DNA of 64,000 nucleotides from the human T2T-CHM13v2.0 reference genome, Homo sapiens (GCF_009914755.1 NC_060937.1), one strand, 5' to 3'. Positions 37,880-52,626 are shown, numbered from the stretch's first letter. Program-made: numbers and translations. The notes: generated from the letters alone by a model not told the origin.

Positions 37880-38051
37880 ACTGAGCAGAGAAACAAACCT
37901 GGTCTTTGATGACAATGTTTGACAGCTGAATGAAACAACCACAAATAATGCCCTACATCTAATTTCATGTTTTGTATCACAAAAATCTATTGCTTAAGCC
38001 ACTTTAGTTAGAGCCTTCAGTTTCCTGCAGACAAAAGCATCCTAAATGATA
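37880..38051 (+). mobile_element. Old MLT1 (J/K-like) LTR 3' fragment
   Basis: 'ttgcttaagccactttagtt...tgcagacaaaagcatcctaaatgata'. Confidence 0.6.
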
Positions 38052-38216
38052 GTACAATCTAAGTTTTTCTAACGCCTTTTTGAACATACTAGAACCATTG
38101 ACTTCTATTCCCTCTTTCCTTAACTCTCATTCTCTCCACTGCTCCATATAATCTAGGATCTGAAAGAAACACAGAAAAACAAAAACAAAAACAAAATAAG
38201 CTAAATGAATGTCAAA

Positions 38217-38855
38217 TGTAAACCAAAAAATAAAATTCTAAGCGCCCCCAGCAAACTGAATGGACCCTTCTATAGGTCAAGGGGACCCAAACAAACCTGA
38301 AAATACTAGTTCAGGCCATGACAGGAAGAGGAGGGTTGGACATGTCTCATTTTGCTCTGTTTCTCTTGGAGTTTAGACACAACTGACAAGCATTAACTTT
38401 AAAATGAAGATCTTAAAACACATCTATCCTCTTAGAAGCCTGCTAACTGGAGTCTTCATCTCTTCATCTACATGACAAGAACCTTGGCTTCCACAAGCTC
38501 CCCTCTTCTTACCTTAGCTCAAGCTAATTTCAACTCTTCAAGCAGAGCTTAATCTTTTTAACCAATTGCCAATCAGGAAATCTTTAAATCCACCTATGAC
38601 CTGGAAGCTCTCCTGCTTTGAGACGTGCCTCTTCAGGCTGAAGAAATGTAGAAATGTATCAATACATGTATTGATTTATGTCATTGCCTGTAACTTCTAT
38701 CTTCCTAAAATGTACAAAATCAAACTGTAAACCACTCTCCTTGGGCACATGTTCTCAGGACCTCCTGAGGCTGTGTTCTGGGTCATGATCCTTAACCTTG
38801 GCAAAATAAACTTCTAAATTGATTGAGACCTGTCTCTGATACTTTCTGGCTTATA
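38217..38855 (+). mobile_element. MER4 (B/D-like) solo LTR
   Basis: 'tgtaaaccaaaaaataaaattctaagc...actagttcaggccatgac', 'ggcaaaataaacttctaaattgattgagacctgtctc'. TSD caaa/ccaa. Confidence 0.9.
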
Positions 38856-38917
38856 CCAATAATCCAGGCACCAGAAATCTACATTAATAGATCTAAGACC
38901 CAACACTTGTATGTATA

Positions 38918-39300
38918 TGATATAGTTTGAATATTTGTCTCCCAATCTCATGTTGAAATTTGATCCTCAATGTTGAAGGTGTAGGATAGTAGGAAGTATT
39001 TTGGTCATGGGGGCAGATTCCTCATGAGTGGCTTGGTGGCATGGGAAGAACTACTGTTTATAAAAAGATCCCTGCACCTCCTCTTGCCCTCTCTCTTGCT
39101 TTGTTCCTCTTCCCATGTGATGCCTGCCCTCTTTTACCTCCTGCCATAAGTGGAAGCTCCGTGAAACCCTCGCCAGAAGCAGATGATGGTGCCATGCTTC
39201 TTGTACAGGTTATAGAACTGTAACCCAAATAAACCTCTTTTCTTTATAAATTACCCAGCCTCAGATATTTCTTTATAGAAATGCAAAGCGGACTAAGACA
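38918..39300 (+). mobile_element. MSTB-like (MaLR) solo LTR
   Basis: 'tgatatagtttgaatatttgtc...tctcatgttgaaatttgatcc', 'aataaacctcttttctttataaattacccagcctcag', ends 'gactaagaca'. Confidence 0.9.
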
Positions 39301-41062
39301 CAATATTAAAGACTGTAGTGTGAAATTTTCATCATTCTGCTCAACTAAGTGCTTGCATATAGTGAAGATATCTTTGGACTTTCTTTAAATTATAAACATC
39401 AATATTAAGATGATCAAGTCTCATTGGAGTGAATTCATAGAAGTAAAAGCAAAAGACTATTTTTTCTTCATATCCTTTTTATCTTGTTATTTATGTTTAT
39501 ATGGAAATAAAGTATACATGAAATAACTTCACAGTACATTTTTGCTCAACATTATTGTTGTGACATATGCTCTTCTTAATTACTTCATGGATACTGTATA
39601 TACACCAATACGTTAATGTTATAGTTTATTATTTTTCAGAAACAATTTGCTGTTTTTGTTAATCCAACTATTTATAAACACAATCACTAACATTTTATAT
39701 TTTATATTATACATCTTCCAAATTCATTTTTTTGTGAAATTGTTTATATATGTGTGTGTATATATATCTATAGTAACATCAAATATTGACATAGAGAAGT
39801 ACATATGACTATAATGAACAAATATACATTTAGTACTATAAATTTTACAGTAAAATTCATTAAATTATTGTGCTATAAAACCATTGTAAATAGTATTGTC
39901 ATATTTTTAATCTAATTTAAAATGAATCTAATTTTTGCTTTTATCTTTTCCATGTATTTAATTATATTTTGACTGCCAGATTATTTGCACTTGCTTGTAT
40001 CCAATAGGAATGTTTTCTATCAGTATATATACATTATTTAGGATATTTTTAGGATTGTAGTAAAACTCAATTTTAAGACTGGAAGATGCAGACATGAAAG
40101 AAGAATTGTTTTACTCACAAAATTTTCCTTTCATAAAAAGGCCTATTGATTTCTTAGTGGAGTGAAAACTAAGTTAAATAACTCACTGTCAGGTAACAGA
40201 TGTTGAAAAAGATTAGCACGGTATTTGAATACACATTTACTAAAAACATATACATAAAACGCTTAATGATTCAATGTTTGTGCTCTTTTTGGTTTAAGAT
40301 TCAAATACTTCTAGTCAAACTAGTTTTAAACCGAAAACAATAAAATGAATCATCTGAGAAATAAAATAAATAATTTCAATTGACAAAGAATGTTTCATAA
40401 GTGTATTCTTTTCTAGAGTATAAAAATTTTTAATTATTCTGCTGTTCCTACAGTATAATGACTACTGCATATGGTGGGCAATGAAGGCCAACTTTTCAAA
40501 CTAATAAGAATTACTGATTTTAATCTCAACTAGGTCTGGCATCTAAACTCAAATTTCCTATCTTGAGATTATTTTACTCCTGTTCTTTTTATGAAATTAA
40601 GAACTTTATCAGTTAGAGTTCAGTGCAGTCAATTAATATCCCTCTAGTTTTATAGCAACAAAGTGATTTAATACATGCAAATATAGGGTTATAAAATAAC
40701 TAGCAAAACTTGAAAAGTGGGTTTCAAGAGGTGATGTCCAAGAATGCCTGTAATGTTAGTTCATATTGGAAATTGAAATGCTGTTCCAGATATTTCAGTT
40801 ATCTCTGGATAATCACACTTTTATGAATTTTCTTTCCAGCATGAAAGTGGCCAAAAGGGGCAAGGAAATACCCTCCTCTTTACTTCTACCTCTCAAATAT
40901 TTGCAAGTGTACATGTTTAACAACCAAATTAACTTGGAATACTATAGCCACAGATTGGTCTAAAAGGCATAGTTTTGAAAAATTATAAAAACATCAAGTA
41001 TATTTTTAGGTAGCAAGATTAGTAAAATATTGTCCATGTACAATCGCCCAACTTTATCAAAA

Positions 41063-41240
41063 GTATCAATTTTCTGCTGCTCTGTGAGAAACCACCTCAG
41101 AATCGTGCCTTAAAACAACATTCATTTGTTTGTTCATGATTCCGCTATTTGAACTAGATTCAGGTGGGCTGTTTTTCTGGGATTGTACCTGTAGTAACTA
41201 ATATGGATGCAGGAATGTTATAGTCACCCTGGAGCAGGAT
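41063..41240 (-). mobile_element. Old MLT1 LTR fragment
   Basis: 'aaaccacctcagaatcgtgccttaaaacaacattcattt...ttcatgattc'. Confidence 0.55.
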
Positions 41241-41904
41241 GTTCCCAACAGTTTTAGCTTCAAGTCTGATAGTTATTTTTTTCTAGTCCCTTTATTTCCT
41301 GAAAACTGTTAAATAGGTCCATAAGCATGATTAAATATAGTTTTAATATATTTGGCAAAATTTTTAAAGATGATGATGTTTACTGCTGTTTACTTCATAC
41401 CAGGAGGCACAAAATGATTGATTCTCTCACTTTTAATAATGCTATATTCGATCAATAGAGTTGAATCAAATGTGAGCCTGACCCCTCCATTGTAGTGGCT
41501 TTCATCAAAATGAGGTTAAATAGCAATTTCCAATTGTTTCCAAAAGCTGTTATTTTATTTGAGTTTTATTTGGTATTTCTCACTTCCTGGCACAAACATA
41601 AATATATGCATTATTGGTGGGCACATTAAAATATTGAGTACATCAATTTTTGTTTCATTAAAAATTCCAATTGATATTCAAGGGACAGAGAAATGATGTC
41701 ATACATAGCATTGCATAAGTGAAAGAGAGGTTACAGGATTTTCAAAATACATAACTGGAACATAAGAATGCTAAACAATACCTTTCTAAATATATAGATA
41801 TATAATTACAAAAACACACAACCCAAGTTGATATTCTTTTGGAAACACTTCATTCATGAGATAAAAAAAAAAAAAAAAAAAAAAAAAAGACAATGGGAGT
41901 TCCA

Positions 41905-42127
41905 GGAAGGTTCAGCAAACTTTTACTGAAAGAGCTAGATAGTAAATATTTTGGGCTTCGAGAGCTCATTGTCTTTATCACAACTACTCAGCTATGCTGT
42001 TGAAGCCTGAAAGCAGCCATCATCAATGTGTAAACAAATAATTGTGCCTAAATTCTAGTAAAATTGTATTTCCGAAGCACACCACAAGCAAGATTTGGAC
42101 CACAGATGAAACTTTACTGACCCATGA
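41905..42127. mobile_element. MER58A-like hAT MITE
   Basis: 'ggttcagcaaacttttactgaaagagctagatagtaaatattttgggctt...caactactcagct...aagcagccat...gatttggaccac...tactgacccatg'. Confidence 0.8.
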
Positions 42128-42193
42128 TTTAAAAAATAGAAATAAAGGCACAAACAGAATTATAAGATGCATGGCCCTAGACATTCCCTTTGC

Positions 42194-42550
42194 ATTGATT
42201 CTCAGTAAAGTGGATGGGACCAAGGGCATTTACTTCCCCAGGTGGATGCTTTATAACTGAACTCAACTTCTTATAGTACAAGGAGTTTCCCACACCACAA
42301 TAGTTGGACATGAGCTTGGTCCCATCTTCCCTTAGGTTTTCAGTTGCCCGGTGGCAGCAATTCATTAAGCTGGATGGGATTGATTCTCAGTAAGATGGAT
42401 GGGACCCAAGGCATTTACTTCCCCAAGTGCATGTTTTATAACTGAACTCAGCATCTTATAGTACAAGGAGCTTCCCACACCACAGTAGTTGAACATGAGC
42501 ATGGTCCTAACTTCCTTTAGGTTTTCGGTTGCCATCTGGCAGCAATTCAT
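42194..42550. repeat. 172-bp tandem duplication (2 copies, ~88% identical) with 13-bp linker
   Basis: Copies at 42194-42365 and 42379-42550; ~20 mismatches and no indels by manual alignment. Confidence 0.95.
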
Positions 42551-43137
42551 AGCAGTTGTATAATAAGTGGTTACCACTAAAGCTTAGACTCTCTGGTACC
42601 TAAACATTTATTTTTGCCCCATGACCTAAAATTCTATTCTCCTATTGTCATATAGAGGTCAGTCAACTGGAGCAAGGCACTCTTTGAATGGGTGGTGGAA
42701 AGCAGAGGATCTCAAGAAGCACTTGGATCCAACACGTATAAAGTTGTTCTTGCTAACTGTTGTAGTAGCCACACCCATTGTCAGACACAATCATTTAAAT
42801 GTTCTATCATTTAAATGTTCCATGTACATCTAAATGTACATGGATATTACTGATGAAGTGATTTCTCTTAAAAATTTAGAGTTTTTTGGATATATTATCT
42901 CTATAAAATTAACTTTATGACATTTTCTGGCATACATTGCTTGTTCAAAATCAGTAATTTTCATATACAGTATGCCAACAGTATGCATCAAGAATGTGAG
43001 AGTTTTAAGCAGAAAAAAAATGAGCCATCAGTTCATGTTACTGCAATTAGTCAATCAATTTTCAATAGAGATTGACTGCATTTAAATATTAAGCAATGTG
43101 TATTATTCAGGAGACATATATCTTTTTTTCTAAATCA

Positions 43138-44348
43138 CAGTCATGTGCTGCATAAAGACCTTTGGGTCCATGACCAACAGCATATAAAATAGGATCCCCT
43201 AAGATCATGATGAACCTAAAAATTTTCTATTGACTTGACATTGTAGCCATCCTAAAGTCATAGTGCAACACATTACTCATGTGTTTGCAATGATACTGGT
43301 ATAAACAAACCTATTGTACTCCCAGTTATATAAAAATGTAACACACAATTATGTACAGTATATAATACTTGAATATAATAATAAATGGCCATGTTACTGG
43401 CTTATGTATCTGCTATGTGATTCTTTTTATCATTAAGGCATACTCCTTCTTCTTATAAAAAGAAGTTAACTGTAAAACAGCCCCAGGCAAGTCCTGCAGG
43501 ATGTATTCTAGAAGAAGGTATTGTTATCATAGAAAATGTCTGCTCCATGCATGTTATTGCCCCTGAAGGCCTTCCAGTGGGATAAGATGTGGAGGTGCAA
43601 GACAGTGACTTTGATAATCCTGACCCTGTGTAAGCCTAGGCTAAGGTGTGTGTTTGTGTCATAGTTTTTAACAAAAAGGTATAAAATGTAAAAGAAAATA
43701 AGATTCACATATAAAAACCTATATAGAATAAGGATATAAATAAAGAAAATATTTTATACAGTGGTACAATGTGTGTTCTAAGCTGCACTATTACAAAAGA
43801 GTCAAAAAGTTTAAAAAATTAAAAAGTATAATAAAGTAAAAAAATTACAGAAAGCTAAGGTTAATTTTTTACTGAATAAAGCAAATATTAAAAAATAAAT
43901 TCAGTGTAGTCTAAGTGTACAGTGTTTATGAAGTCTATAGTAGTGTACAGTAATGTCCTAGCCCTTCACATTCACTCATCAATCATTCGCTAAGTCACCC
44001 AGAGAAACTTCTAGTCCTGCAAGCTTCATTTATAGTAATTACCTCATACAGGTAGTTACTGCTTGTCTTTAAAAAATCTTTTATACTATATTTTTATTGA
44101 ACTATTTCTATGTTTACTTATGCTAAGATACACAAATACTTAACATTGTGTTACAATCACCTTTAGTATCAGTACAGCATCATGCCTAGTTTGTAGCTAG
44201 GATCAATAGGCTATAGCATACAGCCTAGGTGTATAGTGGGCAATACTATCTAACTTTGTGTAAATACACTCTATGATGTTTGCACAACAAGATCACCTAA
44301 TAACACATTTCTCAGAATGTATTACCATTGTTAAGGAATGCATGACTG
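43138..44348. mobile_element. Tigger3b-like (TcMar-Tigger) non-autonomous DNA transposon, near full length
   Basis: Terminal inverted repeats 'cagtcatgtgctgcataa' / 'ttaaggaatgcatgactg'. TA TSD on the right (CA on the left); ~1.21 kb. Confidence 0.9.
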
Positions 44349-44919
44349 TATTGAATTTAATTGTGGCTAACTGAATTATAGACCATGCAGACTCTTGTAT
44401 TATAAGAAAATATAAAAGGCACTAGCATAGACATTAACAAACGAGTGATGTCAACAAATTTTAGAAGAAAGTATAAAATGTAGAACAGAAAAAATTCATG
44501 TATCTCTGATATGACAATTATGATGTTTTATTTTTACGCCCTTTATGCCAACATATTTATGTGTAGATTACATAATTATAAATGTACTCGGTGTACAGTT
44601 GCACAATAATTTTTAATATTTCATTTGGATATTCAGTGAAGTGTATGCTAACAAAGACAGCAAAATTTAATAAAGTAGCTATAAACAAAATATTTTATCC
44701 TCATTTCATAGTTCTGCTATTTATAATTATCTCAGTGTAAGATTAAACTTGCTAACATTTAATACATTGTTCAATACATATTAAATGCATTCTGTAATTA
44801 ATTTTTGTATTTCTTCTGATCAGAAACATGTAACCAGTTTACCTTAGGTTAGGAAATTTTTATGACTGAAATAGAACAGTTTGAGTACTCTTTGTAACTT
44901 ATGTTTTTAAGTTTAAATA

Positions 44920-45085
44920 CTATTTGTATGTGAATCCTGGCTTTACCACTCACAAATGATGAGATGTTGAAGACATTAGTTCATTTGTTCATTTAAAATA
45001 TCTTGATGATAATTCCTACCTCAGAGTATTATATTAAAGACAAAATATAACAATATACGTGAAAGTTCCTCCCCTATTGCCTAAT
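44920..45085 (+). mobile_element. MIR SINE
   Basis: 'tgaatcctggctttaccactcac', 'gataattcctacctcagag'. Confidence 0.65.
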
Positions 45086-48000
45086 ACTAAATCTAAATTC
45101 ACAATTTAACATTCACAAAATGCTAACTCTCATTATTTTTGAATCTAAAATAAAGTGGGAAAATATTACTAATTAAACAAAACACACTTTATGTGTCAGA
45201 AATATATGTGGTTTCTAAGGACTTGTTTATTTTATTTATGTTGGTAAAATGCTTAGGACAATTTTGATCATAGTATTTCCTTTTTGTACTTCTAATGTTG
45301 GTAGGAGTTATGGTGATTACTGGTACTGTTACTGGTACTTTATGTGTGTGTGCACTTGAGTGTGTGTGTTTCTCATTTGTCTTCATTAATCTTTACATTG
45401 TTTTAGCTATCTTGTTAACTGTTCCAAGATCTAAATTTTTTAAAAAATTGTATTTACCTCTACTTATTTTGGTTTCAATTAGCTTTTTTTTTTCTTGTTT
45501 TTAAAGTTACCATTTGGATAACAGATTTTAAACTTTTCTTATTTCTCAAGATAGAGAACCTTATAATTTCCCCACCAATCATATTTTCATAGTATCCTCT
45601 TAGGTTCCACCAGGGGCATATGAAGGGTTAAGGCATGGTGAATGCAATCTCTACAGGAAAGGCAGAGTTGGAATATTGAATCCTGTCAAGTTAAAAGAGT
45701 AGGATAAATACCTTGGGCACCTCACAGATTCTCCGTAAAACAGCATAAATTTAATCTGATTTTCATTATCTCTGTTTTATTCTCAACTCTGTAGTGGCCA
45801 ATTTCAGGCAAGTCTTCTGTAGTCTCACCCTGCCAATATATCAAACAGTCCTCTACCAAGGACTGTCAGGAAATAACCTTACAGTCGCAGCTCCTTCTTC
45901 TCTGGCATCTGTCTCATGTCACAGACATGTCTCTGTTCCTAACTTTGATCTGTACCTTCTGTATTCAGTGGATTTCCCCGGCACCCCATTTGGTTTGGAA
46001 TTCAGCACCCTTCATCGCAGGGTTGGAATTTCCCCTGTTAGTAAACCAGGGTAAAAATGGGATTCATCTCATGTGTTTTCCTCTAATAATTTTATAGTGT
46101 CTGTTGCCTCAAAACAGCTACATATTTTGCCCAGTGTTATGGTTGTTTAGCCTAGGGTGCTAGCCCAATACTAGTTACTGTATCATAGTTGGAAGTAGAT
46201 GTTTCCCTAGACGATTTTTAATTATGCAATAAAAAGACTTTCCAAAGAAACATAAGATAGTGAAATCAATTGTGACCTATTAATAGACATGGTATGAATG
46301 TTTAATAAGAATATTATAATTCTAATTTGTTTTCTAATTTCTAAATTTTTACATCATTCTCCAATATGAACAAATAAAGTAGCATTCTAATGAATTTCTA
46401 CATTATCTGTTTCACTGTATGTATCACTTAGGAAAACATATTTTCAAGGGGAAAGAAAACTTTCGTACATTTAGAGGTACACTAGTATGAAATGTTACAA
46501 CTTGTATGAATGGTGACTTTAATTTATAAGCAGGAATTTGATTCACCTACCAAGGCACTAAAATCTCTAATAGAACTTGCTCTGTCATTATTATTCATTA
46601 TTCATAAAGTGATGCAAATGGAATTAGAGCCTCAGAAAGGTTAGGATACAGATAAATCCATGCCCTAAAGAACTTGTAATTTAAAGACCCTTTCAATTAG
46701 CTGCCCATCACCCAACCCCTGGGCACTCATTAGAATAAGACAGCTTGTGATCACTATTCCATTTGGCATTCAAAACAGAAGTTATAATTCAAAAGTATAT
46801 TTTAAAATTTGAAAACAAAATGTATAATACTCTGCTAGATCTACATTATCTTCTTAGGTTTAAAGTATAATATAAATATTACCTGAATGATTTAGGGTAT
46901 AGCAGAAGGGTAATATTTTATTTCCAATTTAATGTTATGCCAGTTTTTTTCTATGGCAACTAGAACAAGAAACAGAGGTAGAACTACTCCTCCAGTATTT
47001 GAACAATTGGACTGAAATAAATAAACTTAATTTTCACCTGTACTTCATAGCTTAATGAAGATCATTTTCCCTGATTCTGATCACTGGGCACATGTCTACA
47101 TAGTGATTTGCTGTCTTAGTTATTGCTCTTTTGTGACTTACTGTAATCTTCAGAAGTAAATGAGATAAATCAGAATAGTTCAAAATTTTATAGAAATTAA
47201 TATCTTAACGAATATTGGAATCACTACAGCAACTTCATTTAGAACTTACCTTTCAGATTAGGGTGGAATGAAGAAATTCCTTATATAACATTAAGAATGT
47301 AGAAAATCCTTTTCTTAGGTTAATTCTGTTCGATAGATGTTCTAAAACAATTCTACTTAATACTTTATCAGTTGAGAATAATACGGTTTTCTTTTTAAAT
47401 AAGCATATAAGTGGAGAATCTCATATTTTTCTACAGCTACATGAAAAAGCTCTGTTTCAAAAAAAAAAGCCAAACTATTTTTATGAGTTTCAAAGAGAGA
47501 GCAGAATCATCTCATTCTATGGAATTCTGAAGAGTTTCTTGGCCTAATGCTTCTGACAGTGTGGATAAAACTCCATCCCAAGGAACCCAGGGAGAAGGTA
47601 GAAAAGGCAGGGTTCAGGAATCAGTAGCTGAAAGCAGGCATCCTCTTGCTTGTAGGAAGAGTCTCTACTCTTGTTTCTGAGGGTGTTCCAGTCTTCCACC
47701 CTCCTTATTCCACACCTAGGAGGCATGGTACCAAAAATAAGGACTCCAGCATCACTGACTAGAGTAGAAGATAAAAGTTTGGTGATCAAAGAAGTTTAAA
47801 CTCTTCTGTTTCTCTATTCTGTAATGTGTGATCTCTTTAGAACACTTTTATACAATTACTTTGTATTCACACTTTCTTGACTTTAACCTTCTTTCGGAAT
47901 TTTCCTCTCTTCCAACTGGCATGGTAAATGGAGACTAAAGCTTCCTCTATCTCAGGAAGGCTCTTCCATATAAAGGTGGAGAATTTAGGCCAGCTGTGCT

Positions 48001-49069
48001 CTGTGCTAGGTTTTTGGGGGAAAAAATCATTTTATTTTGGTGCTATCTTTCTGAGAGACTTCCCCCAACTTGTTTTTCTGATCAAGTTGTAAAAGTTCAG
48101 GGGCCAAGATTAAGATGGGGCCTAATGGGATGCTTGGAGTGTCAAGGTCAAATCTAAAACTGACCACATTTGGGGTTTTAATTTCAGGCATAGGAGACAA
48201 AGCACTCTCATAACTAACAGTATTCTTTTGTTTGGAACATCCCTTACATTGTTGAGTTTTTAAATCTGTGGTGGAAGGAGTCAAGTGGAGAATTCTGAGA
48301 AGACAAGAGATCCTGACATTGCTAACATTCTTTACTACAAAAAAGCTGACAAAAGGAGATAGTGCAAGTTATTAATTTTCAAGTTTACAGCCAGTTATTT
48401 CAAATATGGGGATTTTTTTTCTATATTGACCATGAGAACTTTAGAGTTGAATCTTCAGCCTGGTAATAGCATAACCCTAAAATATCACACTTGTCAGGAT
48501 TTTTTAAAAGTCTTGTAATGGGATCTTAAATTAGAAAAATTACTAAAGACTGCTTTGTATTTTAATATATTGAGGTACATCCTAATAAAATAGAAATAGG
48601 TACTATGCAGGACACAATGTAAATAATGTAATTTTAAGAGAAAGTAAATCACAAAACAACCCATGTAATGTGATTTAAAAAAAAAAACATTAAATTGAAA
48701 TATACGTGTGGTACATATAAATTTAAAGGTCTCCAAAGCTTTGCAAATTGTAAAGTCTAAAATATTGAATACGCTGGATTTCATTGATTTTTGAGTTCTA
48801 CCTTACCTTACATTTTGCCATTTCCAGTGTCGGAAATGTGTTTAATAATAGATAGTGTATCACAGTTTAATAAGTACAGTTTTTTAACCCAATGGTAGAT
48901 TTAATAACACTAACATCCTAGAGCTAAAAAGAAAATGCTATTCTTATCTGAATTTTCTTATTTCCACCTGAGAGCAAAACACAATCTCGTCACTTTTTCT
49001 CATTCCAGCACAAATTTTATGTTAATTCCTGTTGGTTTTTGTCTTAGGCATTTTCCTCTATTAACTATC

Positions 49070-49196
49070 CCAGATTGACTTTGCCCCCTACCCCCTGAGG
49101 ATGTTTGTCAACGTCTGGAAACTTTTCTGATTATCATACAGGCATCTACAATTATCCAGTCTAAAATGTCAATAGAGCCATGTTTGAGAAATCCTG
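49070..49196. mobile_element. MER20 fragment (internally deleted hAT MITE)
   Basis: 'ttttgccccc...tttgtcaacgtctggaaac', 'ttatccagtctaaaatgtcaatagagcc...tgagaaatcctg'. Confidence 0.7.
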
Positions 49197-49429
49197 CCAA
49201 GAAACTTCTCTGTTGTGGGCAGCAAAATTTGTCCCCCGCCAAAATTATTCAGACCCTGGGGTATGAGTCGCATATAAGATAATATAGCACTTCACCATTT
49301 CAAATAAACACAAAAACAAAACAACAATGCAAATCTTACACCCATTGTGGTAGTAGTGAGCTAGAACATATCAACTGTGCCACCATTTTTACTGAAATAG
49401 AGTTTTTTTCTATTTTGACTTTCTATAGA

Positions 49430-49551
49430 ATTTAAAAGCATTAAAAATGCTGATGCCTCAGTGCCACCTCCAGAAATTCTGATGTAGTTTGGGCATTGGG
49501 ATTTTTAAAACTCTCCCAAGTGATACTAAGCCAAGGTGAAAAAATAGTTCT
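49430..49551. mobile_element. MER5A-like fragment
   Basis: 'ttaaaaatgctgatgcc...cagaaattctgat...gggatttttaaaactctcccaagtgatactaa'. Confidence 0.65.
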
Positions 49552-50164
49552 GTAATGTCTCTCTTTTTGTAACTAGATGGAAAAATTATTTTAAGTCGAA
49601 TCAATGTACTTTGAACTCTAATATTAAGCTGATAACTTTTGAACATATAAGTTTAGAGAAATGGCATTTTATTTCCTAGTTTTTTAAGTAGGAAATGTTG
49701 GTCCCATTTCTTATAGACTGGGAGAAACTCTGAGAAAAGAAAATGTTGGAGATCCAATGCTATATGTTACAGCCCACTAGTGCCACACCGTCAATAGAGG
49801 CTCAAGAGAAATTCCTTATTTTTCTCAGAAAAAAGCCCAATGCCTGACTGATATTACTGTAATTTTGGGGATAGTGAAATTATATTTCCAGTGTGAATTC
49901 TTTAATGAAATATTGTAACACTGCTGTGCTAATTGTAGCACTGTAATACACCGAGATTGGTGTGTGTGGAATTTTTCTTTGTACTTGTAAGCACATTTAT
50001 CTATTTAAGTGTACAAATACATATTAAGTGTATATGTGTACTTAACATTTATTATATGTAATATTTAAATTTACATGGTTTAAGATTATAATTATAATTC
50101 ATATAAATATATATAATATAAAATCTGCTAATTTACATGGAAAATGATTCAATGTTTTATACAT

Positions 50165-50960
50165 CTGTGCCAGAGTGAAAGGCAGTGTTTTTAATTTAAG
50201 GATAAAAATTTAGGGAAGAGATAAATAATTTAGTGCTAGGTCTATTGAGTTTTATTTGCTTGTAAGATATTTTGGTGGGCAGTATGATTAGGCAGTTAGA
50301 AATGTATAACATAGCTTATAACATGTTCAAGCTATTAATATAAACTTGGCAATGATCTATAGTCAGATGGTGCTAACAATTTAACAATAAGTGGTAGTTT
50401 ATAGTGGCAAACTTTAAAATGGAATAAGGAAAATGGCAAGAGATGTCATTCAGGGGGGAATCACTGCATTTGTGTGGTGAGAGGTGAAAAAGAACAAATA
50501 AACACAGAAGGAACACTCAGAAGACAAGGAATACAATCGGTAATCACCTGCCACAGAAGGCAATAGAGGAGACTATTTTAAGATGAATAGAGATAATAAA
50601 TTGGCACAATGCTAAAAGGAAATTAAAAATTATGACAAAAGAAGATGGGTTATTGACTTTGGCATATAGGAAGTTATTAGTGATTTTTGTGATAATAGCT
50701 GTTTAAATGGGTGAGTAAAATTGAAAGAGCCAGAGCAAACGAGTCAATAACTGAAGGCCTTACACACAGATTATGCTATCATATGTTGAGTAATACAAAA
50801 GGAAAAATAAAAGGAAAGTATCTTGAGGTGATAGCTGTGTACAAAGAAAGTATATATCTGCTTGCTTTAAAGATTTTTAATCCTTCTTTTAATATATTTA
50901 GAATATTGAAGACAGCTTAATTGTGAGAAAAAAAGGGGAGCAGTAAGACATTAAAAATGA
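50165..50960 (-). mobile_element. L2 LINE fragment
   Basis: 'gtgggcagtatgattaggcagttagaaatgtat', 'ttgactttggcatataggaagttattagtgattttt'. Confidence 0.6.
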
Positions 50961-52059
50961 AGATTAAGGGTTAAACAGATAATTGATATAACCTTAATAA
51001 ATAATTTACAAAACGAGTTACTATTGCATAGTGGTGAGAAGCACTGGTGATCAGTTAGCTTTAGATAAAAATAGTTACTTCAACGGTAAGGGAAAGAAGT
51101 AGTGAAAATGCAATCTGAAATGTTACGTTAGAGGCAGTGTAATCTGCTAAGGGTGAGCTCTCTGGGTATCTTTTCACAGAATTAGTTTGAATTTGATGTG
51201 CATTGAATGCCTACCACTGCCTAGATAAAGTAGTAATACTGAGGATACAATGTGATGAATGGTGACAGTCCACACGTGTCATACACTCCAGTGAAAGATA
51301 CCAAAATGTTTCTCATTTTTAAGATAAAATTTCAATATTTGAAATGATATTATTATGATTTTAAGGTAAAGTGATATACAGACTTCCAAAGTGAAATTAA
51401 AAAGTTGAATTTAAATTAATAAATATTAAAAAAATAATTTAAAAATATTGCATGCACATAAAATACTTCTAAATAAACATTTGGCAGAAATTTAGGATTC
51501 ACTAAGAATTACTTTTGTGTGTTAAAATATTTTCTTTATAATTACCGTTTGTTCTTGAATATGAATTAAAAGTTTCAACTAATTTGGGGGAAAAAAAAAC
51601 TAAATGTTTATCCTCAGGGCATCGTAATTGGCCAGAAACCTACTTTTTCAAAACTAGAAAGTACATGACGAATATAAATTAATTTTCTCTTCCAGCAAGC
51701 AATGAGAAATAGTTTTGAAACATCTCCTGCTGTGTGAAGCAAAGGCTTTCCTCCTCTGTGGGATCATGGCTGAGGTTTTCAGAAATCCATAATTAACACT
51801 AAACACTTTAAAGAGGAAGCCAAAGTAAATTATGATGGAATTGATCATGGTATTCTCCTTTTGTGTCTCCTTTTCCCTGCTATTTCAATACTAGTTACCA
51901 TTTCCTTGGTTGCCTGTGGGAAATAACATTCATCTGCTGATCAAGCTAAAACTAATTAAACATTTCTATGTGAAATTTTATATGTGAACCTATAGAGTAA
52001 AATAAAACTAGAGAATGCATATCATACTGCAAGAAATAAAGTCTTCATTATGTGTATAA

Positions 52060-52332
<273 letters not shown>

Positions 52333-52626
52333 AGAAATTGTCTAAAGCATCAAATTACTTCTCTCCTGAAATTAACAACTAAATGACTTAGTTTTCTATT
52401 CGGTTTTGATCTTGCAAAAATCACAGTTTAAGATTACACATGTTCTGTTCATGTGGGTGTAAACAATGTTGAATAGTCAAACTCTTCATAGGTACACAGG
52501 AGGATACACAGAAGGCTTACAAATCAGCCTCTCTTTCAGCATAGATATTTTCTATATGATAATGGAGTCGTGCTTAGACGGCTTTGAAGTCAGTGATTGG
52601 AATTTGCACATTGTATTTCCATATTA

